A DNA stretch of 60,712 nucleotides from a virus: positions 1 to 60,712 of IMG/VR virus record IMGVR_UViG_3300032456_000003; one strand, written 5' to 3'. The notes under the pieces are model-generated. The model ran no database searches and was not told the origin of the DNA. It was given only the letters and a program-made list of their open reading frames with translations. This document shows positions 42,894 to 51,605 of the stretch, piece by piece. Within the stretch, counting starts at the first letter, position 1, and each line of letters starts with the position of its first letter. Both the position numbers and the translations under genes were made by a program.

Positions 42894-43066
42894 GGTGTTG
42901 CTTTCCCTTCACTCGGACACTCGGGGCACTCCAGGTACGCCTCTTCCAGTTGGCTCGCCAGGACGATCAGGCGATTGAGCTGCTCCTGGCTTTCGATGGC
43001 TCGCTCACCATGCACCTTAATCAGCACCTTGATGATCTTCGAGAACAACGTAGAGTCCACGCCCAT
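42890..43066 (-). CDS. small protein (58 aa)
   Basis: Trimmed to the ATG at 43066 (MGVDSTLFSKII...), which overlaps the upstream stop (TGATG). It has CPECP at the C-terminus. Confidence 0.4.
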   Translation of the reverse strand: MGVDSTLFSKIIKVLIKVHGERAIESQEQLNRLIVLASQLEEAYLECPECPSEGKATP

Positions 43067-43683
43067 CACTTCACCTCCACCGCATGCAGACGCTCCCACA
43101 GATCGGGGCTGTGCGCATACAACCGATCCCACAAATCCAGAGCAGCAGTCGCGCACTCGATGATGGTTGCATCTCGCTCGGCGGTGCCGATGTAGACAGC
43201 GTTACGCGGCAACGGTAGTCCCGTTGCGTTGTGCCAGATGTAGGCGCAGGCAGAACGCTCGTTCGACGAGCTGATTTTGACAGTCATGCTTGAGAGATAC
43301 AAGTCGCGGATAGGGTCAACGGCCAGCCACGCCGCCAGCCTGGCCCACACCGCGTTCTCGTTGCGCAGGCGATCGATCTCTTCGCCGGCGTGCGCCATCG
43401 CGGCCTGCCACGCGGGGAGTCCGACCGCATCGCCGACCGGGCACAGGGCTTCGACGATCTCCTTTAGGTCGGCGTTCTCGGCACGCAGCACCCTAACCTC
43501 GGCCACCAGCCGCTCCAGCACGGCAGCCCAGCCACGCCGCAGTAGCGAGTTACCGAGGGCCACTCGCTGCCCGGCTGGGCTGTCCTCCTGCCCACGCTCG
43601 ACGGGGCCGTTCCTGTCGAGAAAAGACTGGAGCGTGTCGTCGGACAGTTCGGCAAGCAGCCGGTCCAGTTCTTCGGTCTTCAT
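43066..43683 (-). CDS. hypothetical protein (205 aa)
   Basis: Trimmed to the ATG at 43683, which has an AGGAGG SD 8 nt upstream and an ATGA overlap with the methylase stop. Confidence 0.5.
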   Translation of the reverse strand: MKTEELDRLLAELSDDTLQSFLDRNGPVERGQEDSPAGQRVALGNSLLRRGWAAVLERLVAEVRVLRAENADLKEIVEALCPVGDAVGLPAWQAAMAHAGEEIDRLRNENAVWARLAAWLAVDPIRDLYLSSMTVKISSSNERSACAYIWHNATGLPLPRNAVYIGTAERDATIIECATAALDLWDRLYAHSPDLWERLHAVEVK

Positions 43684-44933
43684 CGCATCAACCTCCTGTA
43701 GAGTTCCACGAAAGCCAGTGCTGCGCACTGCGGCACGACACTGTTGCCCAAAGCGCGAAGCCTATCTATTCGCAGGGGGTCACTGCCTCCCACGGTATGC
43801 CCATCAGCCAGCACACAAATCGCGGGTTCAGACGGAAGCGCAGGGGCAAGCCAGGGGTAGCGGGCGAGAACCAGCCGCCAGCCGGCATCATCCTCGGGGC
43901 CGGGTGGCCAGACAGGGAATCCGTCCCCGACTCCTCCGATTGGCTGGCCCACATCTGAGACCACTCCCGAAGGTTGCGGCACCCGCCCTTGGCTAAGGCT
44001 CTCGCTCTTGCTTCCTCGCTTCGATCGCAGGCGTTCGAGTCGAACGCCTGCGGAGTCGGCCACATATCCGCCGTCGGCGTCGCCCACAACTGCGTCTGAA
44101 CCGCCAACGAAGGGCAAAAGCCGCTGCCGCCTTGCGCTTTGTGCTCCTCCCGCCTGGCCAGGAACGTCTCGGGAGTATCCCCGTCGTTGAACACGCCGGC
44201 GTCTGGTGTCGCCCACAACTGCGTCTGAACTGCCAACGGAAAGCCCATGCCGCCTTGCGCTTTGTGCTTCTCCCGCCTGGCCAGGAACGTCTCTGGCGTC
44301 TCCATGCAGAGAAACGACGTTGGTGTCGCCCACATCGTCGCCATCCCGCACGGAGTGAGCCAGCAAGAACCACCGCTCCCGCCTGTGCGTCGTGCCCACG
44401 TCGGATGCGCGGAACATGTCGTAGGTCCACCGATAGCCGAGGTCGGCCAATCCCCCGAGTACGGCTCCCATCGCTCCGCCTCGAACAGGGTCGCCGGAAT
44501 CCGCACCACCCACCTTCCCTGGTGCCGTTCGCAGACCGGGGACGTTTTCGAGGAAGACCCACGCTGGCTGCACCTCGCCGATGATTCGCTGGATGTCGTC
44601 CCAGAGCCATCGGGAATCGGCGTCTCCCTGCCGCTTGCCGGCGGTACTGAACGGCTGGCATGGGAAGCCAGCAATGATTGTGTCCACGATCTCACGCCAC
44701 GGGACGCCTGCGAACGTCGTGGCATCTGACCACACAGGGCAATCAGCCAGGGTGCCTTGCCGCATCTGTTCGACCAGACACGCGCCGCCGAACGCTTCCC
44801 CCTCCACCATGCAGACCGCGCGAGAATCCGGCACTGCCAGTCGTAATCCGTGGTCGAGCATTCCAATCCCAGAGCAGAGGGAGAGGACGTTGCGGGGCAA
44901 ATGATGGACGGAACGTGTAGCCACATCGGTCAC
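43680..44933 (-). CDS. DNA (cytosine-5)-methyltransferase with a frame anomaly in the target-recognition region
   Basis: It has motif I LCSGIGML, IV GFPCQPFS, VI FLENVPGL, VIII RRERWFLLA and X LGNSVVPQ. The central ~400 nt encode typical W-x-T-P repeats only in the overlapping frame (ORF 43766-44926). Confidence 0.75.
   Translation of the reverse strand: MTDVATRSVHHLPRNVLSLCSGIGMLDHGLRLAVPDSRAVCMVEGEAFGGACLVEQMRQGTLADCPVWSDATTFAGVPWREIVDTIIAGFPCQPFSTAGKRQGDADSRWLWDDIQRIIGEVQPAWVFLENVPGLRTAPGKVGGADSGDPVRGGAMGAVLGGLADLGYRWTYDMFRASDVGTTHRRERWFLLAHSVRDGDDVGDTNVVSLHGDARDVPGQAGEAQSARRHGLSVGSSDAVVGDTRRRRVQRRGYSRDVPGQAGGAQSARRQRLLPFVGGSDAVVGDADGGYVADSAGVRLERLRSKRGSKSESLSQGRVPQPSGVVSDVGQPIGGVGDGFPVWPPGPEDDAGWRLVLARYPWLAPALPSEPAICVLADGHTVGGSDPLRIDRLRALGNSVVPQCAALAFVELYRRLMR
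44079..44340. repeat. about 2.3 copies of a 129-bp tandem repeat inside the methylase gene
   Basis: GTCGCCCACAACTGCGTCTGAAC recurs at 44079 and 44208, with a partial copy at 44325. GCCGCCTTGCGCTTTGTGCT.CTCCCGCCTGGCCAGGAACGTCTC also occurs twice. Confidence 0.8.
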
Positions 44934-45181
44934 TCCTCAACATCGGCGATGCTCGCGATGTACTCGTTGATCTCTGCGATAGCCGCCCGCAACGCGAGCT
45001 GGATTTTCTTCCTCTTCGGCAACCGATCGGCAGATACTTCGTTCAGCGCGGCTAACGACTGCGTGTACGCCTCACCCCAGACGTAGCAGACGATCTGCTC
45101 CACACTCTCACCGCCAGTGCCGCCGTGCATCCGCTTCTGTAGTCGGCGCTTTCGGGTCCGCGTGTCCACTTCGGCAGTCAT
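44930..45181 (-). CDS. hypothetical protein (83 aa)
   Basis: Only the last 83 codons (MTAEVDTRTRK...) of track ORF 44930-45922 are used. The ATG overlaps the stop of 45178-45822. Confidence 0.5.
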   Translation of the reverse strand: MTAEVDTRTRKRRLQKRMHGGTGGESVEQIVCYVWGEAYTQSLAALNEVSADRLPKRKKIQLALRAAIAEINEYIASIADVEE

Positions 45182-45822
45182 TCCGCCACCTCCCTGTATT
45201 TCTTCAGGTTGCGCACCTCGCCGCTTCGCCGCTTCGCCGAGGACTCCTCCGCGTCGTGGGTGACCCACGGCGGGGACGGCGAGAACAGAGGCAGACCTGC
45301 ATCGGCCCGTGCCCGGAAATAATCGAGCCGCTCCTTGAGTTGCGGGATCTTTTCGATCTCGGCGCAGACGTGGCATATGCCGGAAGCCGCCCCGTCGCAT
45401 GCGACGGACTCCATCCCGGAATTGAGCGGGTAATGGCACGCGAGGCACTTCTTCGACGCCCCCCGACGCTCGGCCATATTCTGCCTCCGGGAAGGCTCCA
45501 GGGTCCGCCCGAGCATGTCCAGCAGCCGCCGGCAGTCGATGCCGTCGCCGGGGGCGGCTCGCCCCCACGAGAACGCCCCGCCGGTGCCGTGCTTCGGCCG
45601 GCGGACCACGCCGACCCGGACCAGTGCCCACATAGCGCGGACCATCGTCCGGCCGCCAGAGATCCCGATGATGGTCGCGACACCCCTGGCGCTGAGTGGC
45701 GTCCCCCCATCGACCCACGCCGCCAGCCACGCGCGGGCCGAATTCCGCACCGAACTGGCCTCGCCAAGAATCCCGACATACGCCGCTTCCGTCGCGTCCA
45801 TCACGTCCATCACGTCCATCAC
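45178..45822 (-). CDS. winged-HTH plus zinc-ribbon DNA-binding protein (214 aa)
   Basis: ARGVATIIGISGGRTMVRAMWALVRVGVV is HTH-like. CLACH...CHVC forms a Zn ribbon. The N-terminus carries three MDV repeats. Confidence 0.5.
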   Translation of the reverse strand: MMDVMDVMDATEAAYVGILGEASSVRNSARAWLAAWVDGGTPLSARGVATIIGISGGRTMVRAMWALVRVGVVRRPKHGTGGAFSWGRAAPGDGIDCRRLLDMLGRTLEPSRRQNMAERRGASKKCLACHYPLNSGMESVACDGAASGICHVCAEIEKIPQLKERLDYFRARADAGLPLFSPSPPWVTHDAEESSAKRRSGEVRNLKKYREVAE

Positions 45823-45928
45823 AGTTGCCCCTCGCGAAAAATAATGCCCCCACCGAGGCCCAACCGTTGGCCATTTGAGGGGAGGCGTAACCCCTCTGCC
45901 TCCGTCCCCTCGGCGGGGGCAAGCCGCA

Positions 45929-46270
45929 TCAAGTCCCGAACGCCGCTGCCGCCCGCACCAGCAGATGGATCAATTCCCCCGAGCCGAGTTGCTGGGGGGT
46001 CAGCCGCAGCAAGTGCCAGCCCCGCAGGGCCAGCTCGTTGTACTTTTCCATGTCCCGCATGAACCCGCTGCCGCGAGTGTGCCGCCCGCCCGTCCAGACG
46101 CCGCCCTCGCACTCCACCGCGATCAGCTGCGCTGGCCAGGCGAAGTCAACCCGCCACAGGCGAGGACGGGCAAAGACGTACTCAGGCTCCGGAGCGGGCA
46201 GCCCGGCCTCGCATGCCGCTATCATGACCGCGACCGGGATAGCTTTTGCAGCCTTCCGTTTCGCCATCAC
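45929..46270 (-). CDS. Vsr/DUF559-like PD-(D/E)xK endonuclease
   Basis: WRVDFAWPAQLIAVECEGGVWTGGRHTRG...DMEKYNELALRGWHLLRLT matches the D...E.(D/E)G...K.N...GW.V.R pattern. Confidence 0.6.
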   Translation of the reverse strand: MMAKRKAAKAIPVAVMIAACEAGLPAPEPEYVFARPRLWRVDFAWPAQLIAVECEGGVWTGGRHTRGSGFMRDMEKYNELALRGWHLLRLTPQQLGSGELIHLLVRAAAAFGT

Positions 46271-46698
46271 GTCGCCTCCACGGTGCCGTAGAGTTCAGCC
46301 CACTTCGCCAGCGCGTAAAAGATCATCTCATCCACCGTCGCGGGCTTCTCTTCGGTGCCCGCAGCGTAGTCGTGGGTGCATTCGAGCCACGGTTCCGGAT
46401 GCACCCAAAGCCGAAGCGTCCGGTCGTTCAATTGGTTATCGAACAGGCCAACGACATTGTCCTGGATCACGAATAACCTCGTCCCATTGCCCGCCTCCAC
46501 CCACGCTTCCAGCAGTTGCGTCGGGGTCTTCGGCTTCAGCGCCCGCTTCGTCAGCAGTTCGCTTTGGGCCGCGATCCGGCCCGCCATTCCCACGATCATT
46601 CGTCGGAGCGAGACGTTCTCTTCGCGGAGTGCGTCTCGCTCCGAATCGATCCCTTCCATGCAGAGAATCGCCTGATTGATGGCGTCGTTTTCGCTCAT
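46267..46698 (-). CDS. hypothetical protein (143 aa)
   Basis: ORF with ATGA-type overlaps at both ends. Confidence 0.5.
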   Translation of the reverse strand: MSENDAINQAILCMEGIDSERDALREENVSLRRMIVGMAGRIAAQSELLTKRALKPKTPTQLLEAWVEAGNGTRLFVIQDNVVGLFDNQLNDRTLRLWVHPEPWLECTHDYAAGTEEKPATVDEMIFYALAKWAELYGTVEAT

Positions 46699-47168
46699 TT
46701 CTCTTCCCCCTTGATGTCCAGCAACACCTTGAGCCGTTTGAGGAACCCCTTAACTTCGCTCTTCATACCCCCGCCCTGGGCGATCCTGGCGAGGTAATAG
46801 GCCCAACACTTCGGCGGCTCGACGATCTCGACGCATGGCTTGCCAAGTGGTGTCCGTTGCAGCACCAGCGGACCTTGCGTCGGCAGTCTCCCGGCCCCGG
46901 CTTCGCCGACGAACCATGCTCCCAGTGCGTCGTATTCCTCGTCGTCGAATAACTCGCACGCGGGCGTCCGGCCCGCGAACAGTCGGGCACACGCACTTGC
47001 TCCCGGCTGGTCCCGGATCATCTCAGCTATCTCCGCGTGCCAGCAACCCACCGCGAACCGCAGATCATCCGTCAAGCCGGCCGACTTCCTCACTATCAGA
47101 CATCCGCCGTCGACGGACACCTCGCATCCGGCCAGAAGCAACTCGCCGTAGGTCGTCGCCGCGCTCAC
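46695..47168 (-). CDS. hypothetical protein (157 aa)
   Basis: Track ORF 46695-47240 trimmed to the GTG at 47168, which overlaps the stop of the 50-codon ORF 47165-47317 (GTGA). Confidence 0.45.
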   Translation of the reverse strand: MSAATTYGELLLAGCEVSVDGGCLIVRKSAGLTDDLRFAVGCWHAEIAEMIRDQPGASACARLFAGRTPACELFDDEEYDALGAWFVGEAGAGRLPTQGPLVLQRTPLGKPCVEIVEPPKCWAYYLARIAQGGGMKSEVKGFLKRLKVLLDIKGEEK

Positions 47169-47317
47169 GGTGCCCCCTCTTCCGCCAGACGCACCATGCT
47201 GTCGCCCCCCGAGATCATCCCGAGTAGCAGTTGCCAGCATTCACTCCGGGTCGATGCTCCGCACACGGCTTTCCAGGTTCTGCTGCCCCTGGACTTGTAC
47301 CATCCGACGAAAGGCAT
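47165..47317 (-). CDS. small protein (50 aa, below track cutoff)
   Basis: MPFVGWYKSRGSRTWKAVCGASTRSECWQLLLG... has a strong AAGGAG SD 7 nt upstream. It is the first ORF after repeat element B. Confidence 0.4.
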   Translation of the reverse strand: MPFVGWYKSRGSRTWKAVCGASTRSECWQLLLGMISGGDSMVRLAEEGAP

Positions 47318-47339
47318 TTGCTACTCCTTGAGTCCGCTA

Positions 47340-47528
47340 TTCGGTATTACCTTTTCTCGGAAGGCGTCTTTTTTTGCTCTGGGATAAATTCCCGGGCACC
47401 TAGGAGGGCGAGCATTTTATCCCAGAGCAGTTTTTACGTTTCTAGCCTACGTTTCTAGGTTTTTGCTTGGGATAAATTCGTTTGAAAAAAACGAGTTCTT
47501 CCCACGGGGCGTTTCGGTATTACCTTTT
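47340..47528. repeat. composite AT-rich repeat element, copy B
   Basis: TTCGGTATTACCTTTT occurs at 47340-47355 and 47513-47528, 173 bp apart. GGGATAAATTC boxes lie at 47381-47391 and 47469-47479, with an inverted box at 47416-47425. It starts 5 nt after the primase-helicase stop. Confidence 0.8.
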
Positions 47529-47532
47529 TTGT

Positions 47533-49623
47533 TCACTCCTCGAAAAGCACCGCTTTTGCCGGCTTCGTTTCGCCCGGAGTAAGGAGCCACTTCTGGCCGT
47601 TTCTGCTCTCGTCCTCGATCCCCATTTCGGCCCTGGCGTTGGTGAGAGTCCGCCTGTCGATCCCGATTTTCTCCGCCGCTGCCGTTGTTTCCGCAAGAGA
47701 CTTGTCGCCACCGGAAAGCCAGCCGGTCAGCCAGGCAGTCGCGACGTTGATCGCCGTGGCTGGCCGGCCACGGGACCGCCCTGCGGTGCCCGGCTCCGCG
47801 TCCGGTGACACGGGAGGGGCATCGTCGTAGTCGCACCCATCGCTGTGCATCGTGACGCCCAGGGCCGGCGGTTTGATCGCGTTGGACTTCGATACCCAGA
47901 TCCTGCGGCGGTTCGGCTGCCCCTCCGGGTCCGGCTCCGTCATGGTGATGACCTGACGTGCCTTCTCCACGATCCGCCGGCCCAGCACACCACCGTTTGC
48001 GTTCAGGTGCGTCAGGCAGATGATCGCGCAATCGAATTCGATTGCCAGCTTGCGGAGAGGCCGCGTCAGCGCCTCGGCCTCCTCCTGCGAGTGCATCTTC
48101 AGGCTGGTGGCCGAGCCGAGCGTGTCCACCACAAAAAACGTCGGCTTGACAATCTGCATGTAGTGACTCAGGCGTCCCAGTTGGCCATCGAGTTGCGTCC
48201 CCGCGAACGGGTCCGCTTTGAGGGCCGGCAGGTAAAACGCGGAGTCGAGTCCCCACGCCTCGACCATCGTGGCGGCCTCGGCGTGGTTGTCGTCGGCGAG
48301 CATCCAGAGCCATCGGCTGTCGCGGCCGATGGTGGCCGGGTGGAAGTCTGGCCAGTCCAGCCCCAGGCACACCCGGCGCATCAGGTCCATCGCGAACCGG
48401 GTCTTGCCGACGCCTCCGTTGGCTGCGACGATGGTGAGGACGCCTCGGGCGATCCAGTTGGGCCAGATCCATTTGACCGACGCTCCTGCCGCCTTCAAGT
48501 CGGCCAGGCGGGCAACCCCGTGGATGTCGTCGGGTAGCAGTTCTTCGTCGTCGTCCTCTTCCTCCGTGCGTGCGGCGACCGGCAGCGTCTTCTCTGGGAT
48601 CGGCTCGTTCAGCAGGTAGCCGCGCGACTTGTCGGATGGCGCTTTGCCAGCCTGTTCGATCTTGCGGCGCAAGTCCTTCTCGCTCCAGGGCGGGACGCAC
48701 GTCGCGTTCCACCCCTGGATTGCTTCCAGTGCCTGCCCGTCGTCAAGGGCGAATCCTTGCACCAGCACGCAGGCCACGCGGAAAGTGGTGTCGTGCCCGC
48801 GCTGGCCGGCGACGGCCGGCTCTGCTTTCCCGAGGTACAATTTTGCCCGCTCCAGGGCCGACTGGACGGCCGGGCGATCCGGTGTCCGTTCCTGCGCGTC
48901 GCGCAAGGCGAACCGTTCGATGGCGATTGCCAGGGCGGCAGTGTTCGCCGCCGCATCGGCTCGCGGGTCTTCGGGCATCTCCAGAACGCCGCCGATGCGA
49001 TGCGGTCGCTCGGGCGTGTCCTTGCCCTTGCGGGCTTTCGTGCCCCAGACCCGGCAGATCCTGGAGGCGTTGAAGCAGGGCGTGTCGATCTTCACGTCGG
49101 CATTGCCGACGTACTTGTTCAGGGCGATTAACAGCGAACGTACCGCCTCGCGAGAGGCTTCGTCGTTGGGCATCGTGACCGGGTAGAGCAGGTGGTAGCC
49201 GTTGCCGCTGTCGGCAATGACCGGCCGGCCGAACCCTAGAGCCGACAGTCCATTGACTACGTCGATGGCGATCTCATACGATAACGCCTTCTCTTCGTCG
49301 TCCGAACTGATTTCGGCCTGACGTAGCGGGTCGATGTCGAGCAGCACCCAATCGCGTTGGGAGATGTGCGCGTCACTGGCCGCACGTCCCTGGTCGTGGT
49401 CCTCGGTCACTGGGTTGATCGTCCAGTAGACACCCTTGAATCCTTTGCCTTCCATCTTGATCGCTTCGCGGGCCATCGCTTCCGCGTCTTCCGGCAACCG
49501 GAAGAATGCGGAACGCGCGGACCCATGAGCCGAGAGACTGCGCAGTTCGGTGAGACGCGGCCCGTCCGCGGACAGGGCCGTCAGCCATGCGACTATAGAC
49601 GTAACACGATCATCTGCCCGCAT
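47533..49623 (-). CDS. primase-polymerase (AEP) fused to a RepA/AAA_25-like helicase ATPase
   Basis: WVLLDIDP (DxD) and ADSGNGYHLLY are AEP motifs. ANGGVGKTRF is a Walker A in the C-terminal half. The ATG at 49623 has an AAAGGAG SD 8 nt upstream. Confidence 0.8.
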   Translation of the reverse strand: MRADDRVTSIVAWLTALSADGPRLTELRSLSAHGSARSAFFRLPEDAEAMAREAIKMEGKGFKGVYWTINPVTEDHDQGRAASDAHISQRDWVLLDIDPLRQAEISSDDEEKALSYEIAIDVVNGLSALGFGRPVIADSGNGYHLLYPVTMPNDEASREAVRSLLIALNKYVGNADVKIDTPCFNASRICRVWGTKARKGKDTPERPHRIGGVLEMPEDPRADAAANTAALAIAIERFALRDAQERTPDRPAVQSALERAKLYLGKAEPAVAGQRGHDTTFRVACVLVQGFALDDGQALEAIQGWNATCVPPWSEKDLRRKIEQAGKAPSDKSRGYLLNEPIPEKTLPVAARTEEEDDDEELLPDDIHGVARLADLKAAGASVKWIWPNWIARGVLTIVAANGGVGKTRFAMDLMRRVCLGLDWPDFHPATIGRDSRWLWMLADDNHAEAATMVEAWGLDSAFYLPALKADPFAGTQLDGQLGRLSHYMQIVKPTFFVVDTLGSATSLKMHSQEEAEALTRPLRKLAIEFDCAIICLTHLNANGGVLGRRIVEKARQVITMTEPDPEGQPNRRRIWVSKSNAIKPPALGVTMHSDGCDYDDAPPVSPDAEPGTAGRSRGRPATAINVATAWLTGWLSGGDKSLAETTAAAEKIGIDRRTLTNARAEMGIEDESRNGQKWLLTPGETKPAKAVLFEE

Positions 49624-49645
49624 GGCGGACGCTCCTTTCATGATG

Positions 49646-50212
49646 TCAGAACAGAATCTCTTCTTCATCATCCGGTGCCGGCTCCGGAGGCACGTTGGTC
49701 GTCCTGGCTGGTTGACGTTGCGATCCGGGCGTTGCCGGCTTGCCTGGCGCGACCTTCGACTTGCCGAGACCCCAGTTGATGTAGAGCTTGTGGAACGTTT
49801 TCTTGTCGCCCTTCTGGGTCGTTTTTTTGCCCTTGAACCGGATTCCGACCATCGCGCGGGCTTCGAGCAGCTTCATCAGTTCGGATGAAAACCTCCCCCT
49901 CCACTCGGCGGCCTCGAAGCCGAGAGTAGCCAGATCGCAGCCGAGAATGTTGACGGCAATCTGGTTGTTCAGCCAGTACGTATGCTCGATTGTGTCGCCG
50001 ACCAGGCTCGCGTCTGCCGCCGCGATGATCTTCAGCCCGACGCGGACGACAACCTGGTTGTCAGTGCCGACCTTGTCGCTTGCCGCATAAACGATCTCGA
50101 ACGTGTACGATCCGTCGGCAAGCGACTCGACATCCGGGGGGCGGTTGCCACCGCCCTCCGTCGTCGTGTAGTCCTTGTCGTATCCCCTGAGTTCCTTGCT
50201 GATGTCTGTCAC
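49646..50212 (-). CDS. putative ssDNA-binding protein (DUF669-like position, acidic SSB-type tail)
   Basis: It ends PDDEEEILF, resembling SSB C-terminal tips. It follows the Sak4-like ATPase, as in many phage recombination modules. Confidence 0.5.
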   Translation of the reverse strand: MTDISKELRGYDKDYTTTEGGGNRPPDVESLADGSYTFEIVYAASDKVGTDNQVVVRVGLKIIAAADASLVGDTIEHTYWLNNQIAVNILGCDLATLGFEAAEWRGRFSSELMKLLEARAMVGIRFKGKKTTQKGDKKTFHKLYINWGLGKSKVAPGKPATPGSQRQPARTTNVPPEPAPDDEEEILF

Positions 50213-51258
50213 GTTCGCTCCTTTTTCTGCTTCACCTTCTTCAGCCCCTCGATGGTCCGCGAGGCCTGCTCCTGCGTCAGTTCCCGCGTGACCCTAACCC
50301 TGAATTGCTTCATCAGATTCCGGGCAAGGACTTCGTCGGTCCAGCCGATGCGGAGGATTTCCGCATCGATTTCGTCGATCTGGTCGCCCGTCGCGTACCC
50401 TACCGCGCTGGCAGCCTGTTCGTCCATCGCCGGCTCGGATTCGCCGGCGGCGGCCCGCGTCTCGGCCTGGTGGTCGTCCTGCACTTGGTCGTCCGTGTCC
50501 TGCTGCGTCGGCGGTTGCAGGACGACCTCGACGCTCTCACCGGCGAGCCAGCGGACCACGGGCAGCAGGAACGCGGCACCGGGCAAGGGGAACTGTTCCC
50601 CCATCGGCACGGCGCGACAGCGGCTCTTGTTGACGGTCAGGTTGTGCTCGATATCCAGCGAGACGTAGATGTCGAACTCGTACTCCATCCCGTCCCGCTG
50701 GATCGGGGCCAGTCCGACCTTGCGGGGGGCCATTTTGCCGTAGCGGTTCGGCTCGACGACGTACTCGGTCTTCGTCCTCATCGTGGCAATGACGTGGATG
50801 GGCGAATTGATGATCGCCTCGACGAGACGCCGCTGCTTTGGCGTCACGTCGCGCCACGCGCTGAAGCTGTTGCCCTTTGGGTCGGCGGACGCCTTGCGGT
50901 CCACCTGATCGAGTGCCCCGTCAACGCCGATCCATGCGTGAGACAGGCTGTCGATGATGACCGCGTCATAACCGGCTTCGGCGGCTTCTCTGAGGCAGAC
51001 CGAGTATTCGTCGGGATCGTGCGTCTCAGGAGTCAGCACGTCGAAGTCGAACGGAACCCCGTCGGGAGATTCGCCGGCGTACAGCTCGCTCGACCTGTGT
51101 TCGGTGTCGATGACGAGAACGCGGCTCCCCAGTGCAAAGGCGAACCGCAGGGCCGTCATGGTTTTGCCGGACCCGGACGGGCCGTCGATGGCCATGCGCA
51201 AGGCTCTTGCCTTGCGCTCGGCCTTCCGAATTCGGGAGGGTGGCTGTTGTTGTCCCAC
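50209..51258 (-). CDS. Sak4/AAA_24-like RecA-family ATPase with extended C-terminus
   Basis: It has MAIDGPSGSGKT (Walker A), VLVIDTE and VIIDSLS. The start was chosen at GTG 51258 after AAGGAA. The track ORF extends to 51342. Confidence 0.7.
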   Translation of the reverse strand: MGQQQPPSRIRKAERKARALRMAIDGPSGSGKTMTALRFAFALGSRVLVIDTEHRSSELYAGESPDGVPFDFDVLTPETHDPDEYSVCLREAAEAGYDAVIIDSLSHAWIGVDGALDQVDRKASADPKGNSFSAWRDVTPKQRRLVEAIINSPIHVIATMRTKTEYVVEPNRYGKMAPRKVGLAPIQRDGMEYEFDIYVSLDIEHNLTVNKSRCRAVPMGEQFPLPGAAFLLPVVRWLAGESVEVVLQPPTQQDTDDQVQDDHQAETRAAAGESEPAMDEQAASAVGYATGDQIDEIDAEILRIGWTDEVLARNLMKQFRVRVTRELTQEQASRTIEGLKKVKQKKERT

Positions 51259-51313
51259 GATGACACGTTCCTTGTAGATGTTTTGAATCACTATTCCACA
51301 AAACGATTCCCGA

Positions 51314-51601
51314 CTACAACTCGACCACTGAGGCGAGGGCAAATACCGTCACCACCGCCCGGCCGATCAGCACGAAGATTGCCCCGTTGGCCTCGTCGAT
51401 GCGGTAGTCGCGTGGCGTCCCGTTCCAGGCCGTATTACGGGGCTTCCCCGGCCGGACGTACCTCCTCGACGCTCGCACCATCCAGGGCGGTGCCGGTCTC
51501 GACCGTCGCAGCGATCCGAGACACGCCTGCCGGTCGCCGCCGACCCGCTGGAAAAACCGATCGACCGCGTGCGTGGTCAGGTAAGCCTTTCCGTCGTCCA
51601 T
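51314..51601 (-). CDS. hypothetical protein (95 aa)
   Basis: ORF between the CsrA and ATPase genes. Confidence 0.4.
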   Translation of the reverse strand: MDDGKAYLTTHAVDRFFQRVGGDRQACLGSLRRSRPAPPWMVRASRRYVRPGKPRNTAWNGTPRDYRIDEANGAIFVLIGRAVVTVFALASVVEL

Positions 51602-51605
51602 TGCT

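Noticed and set aside
45796-45822. The threefold 9-nt repeat CATCACGTC (coding MDV x3) as a regulatory repeat.
   Set aside because: It is short and in frame at the 5' end of a gene. It is most simply a slippage-derived codon repeat, with no further structure.
44930-45922. The 330-aa ORF as a single gene.
   Set aside because: The N-terminal two thirds are an Arg/Gly-rich shadow of 45178-45822. Only the last 83 codons, with an ATG coupled to the upstream stop, look coding.
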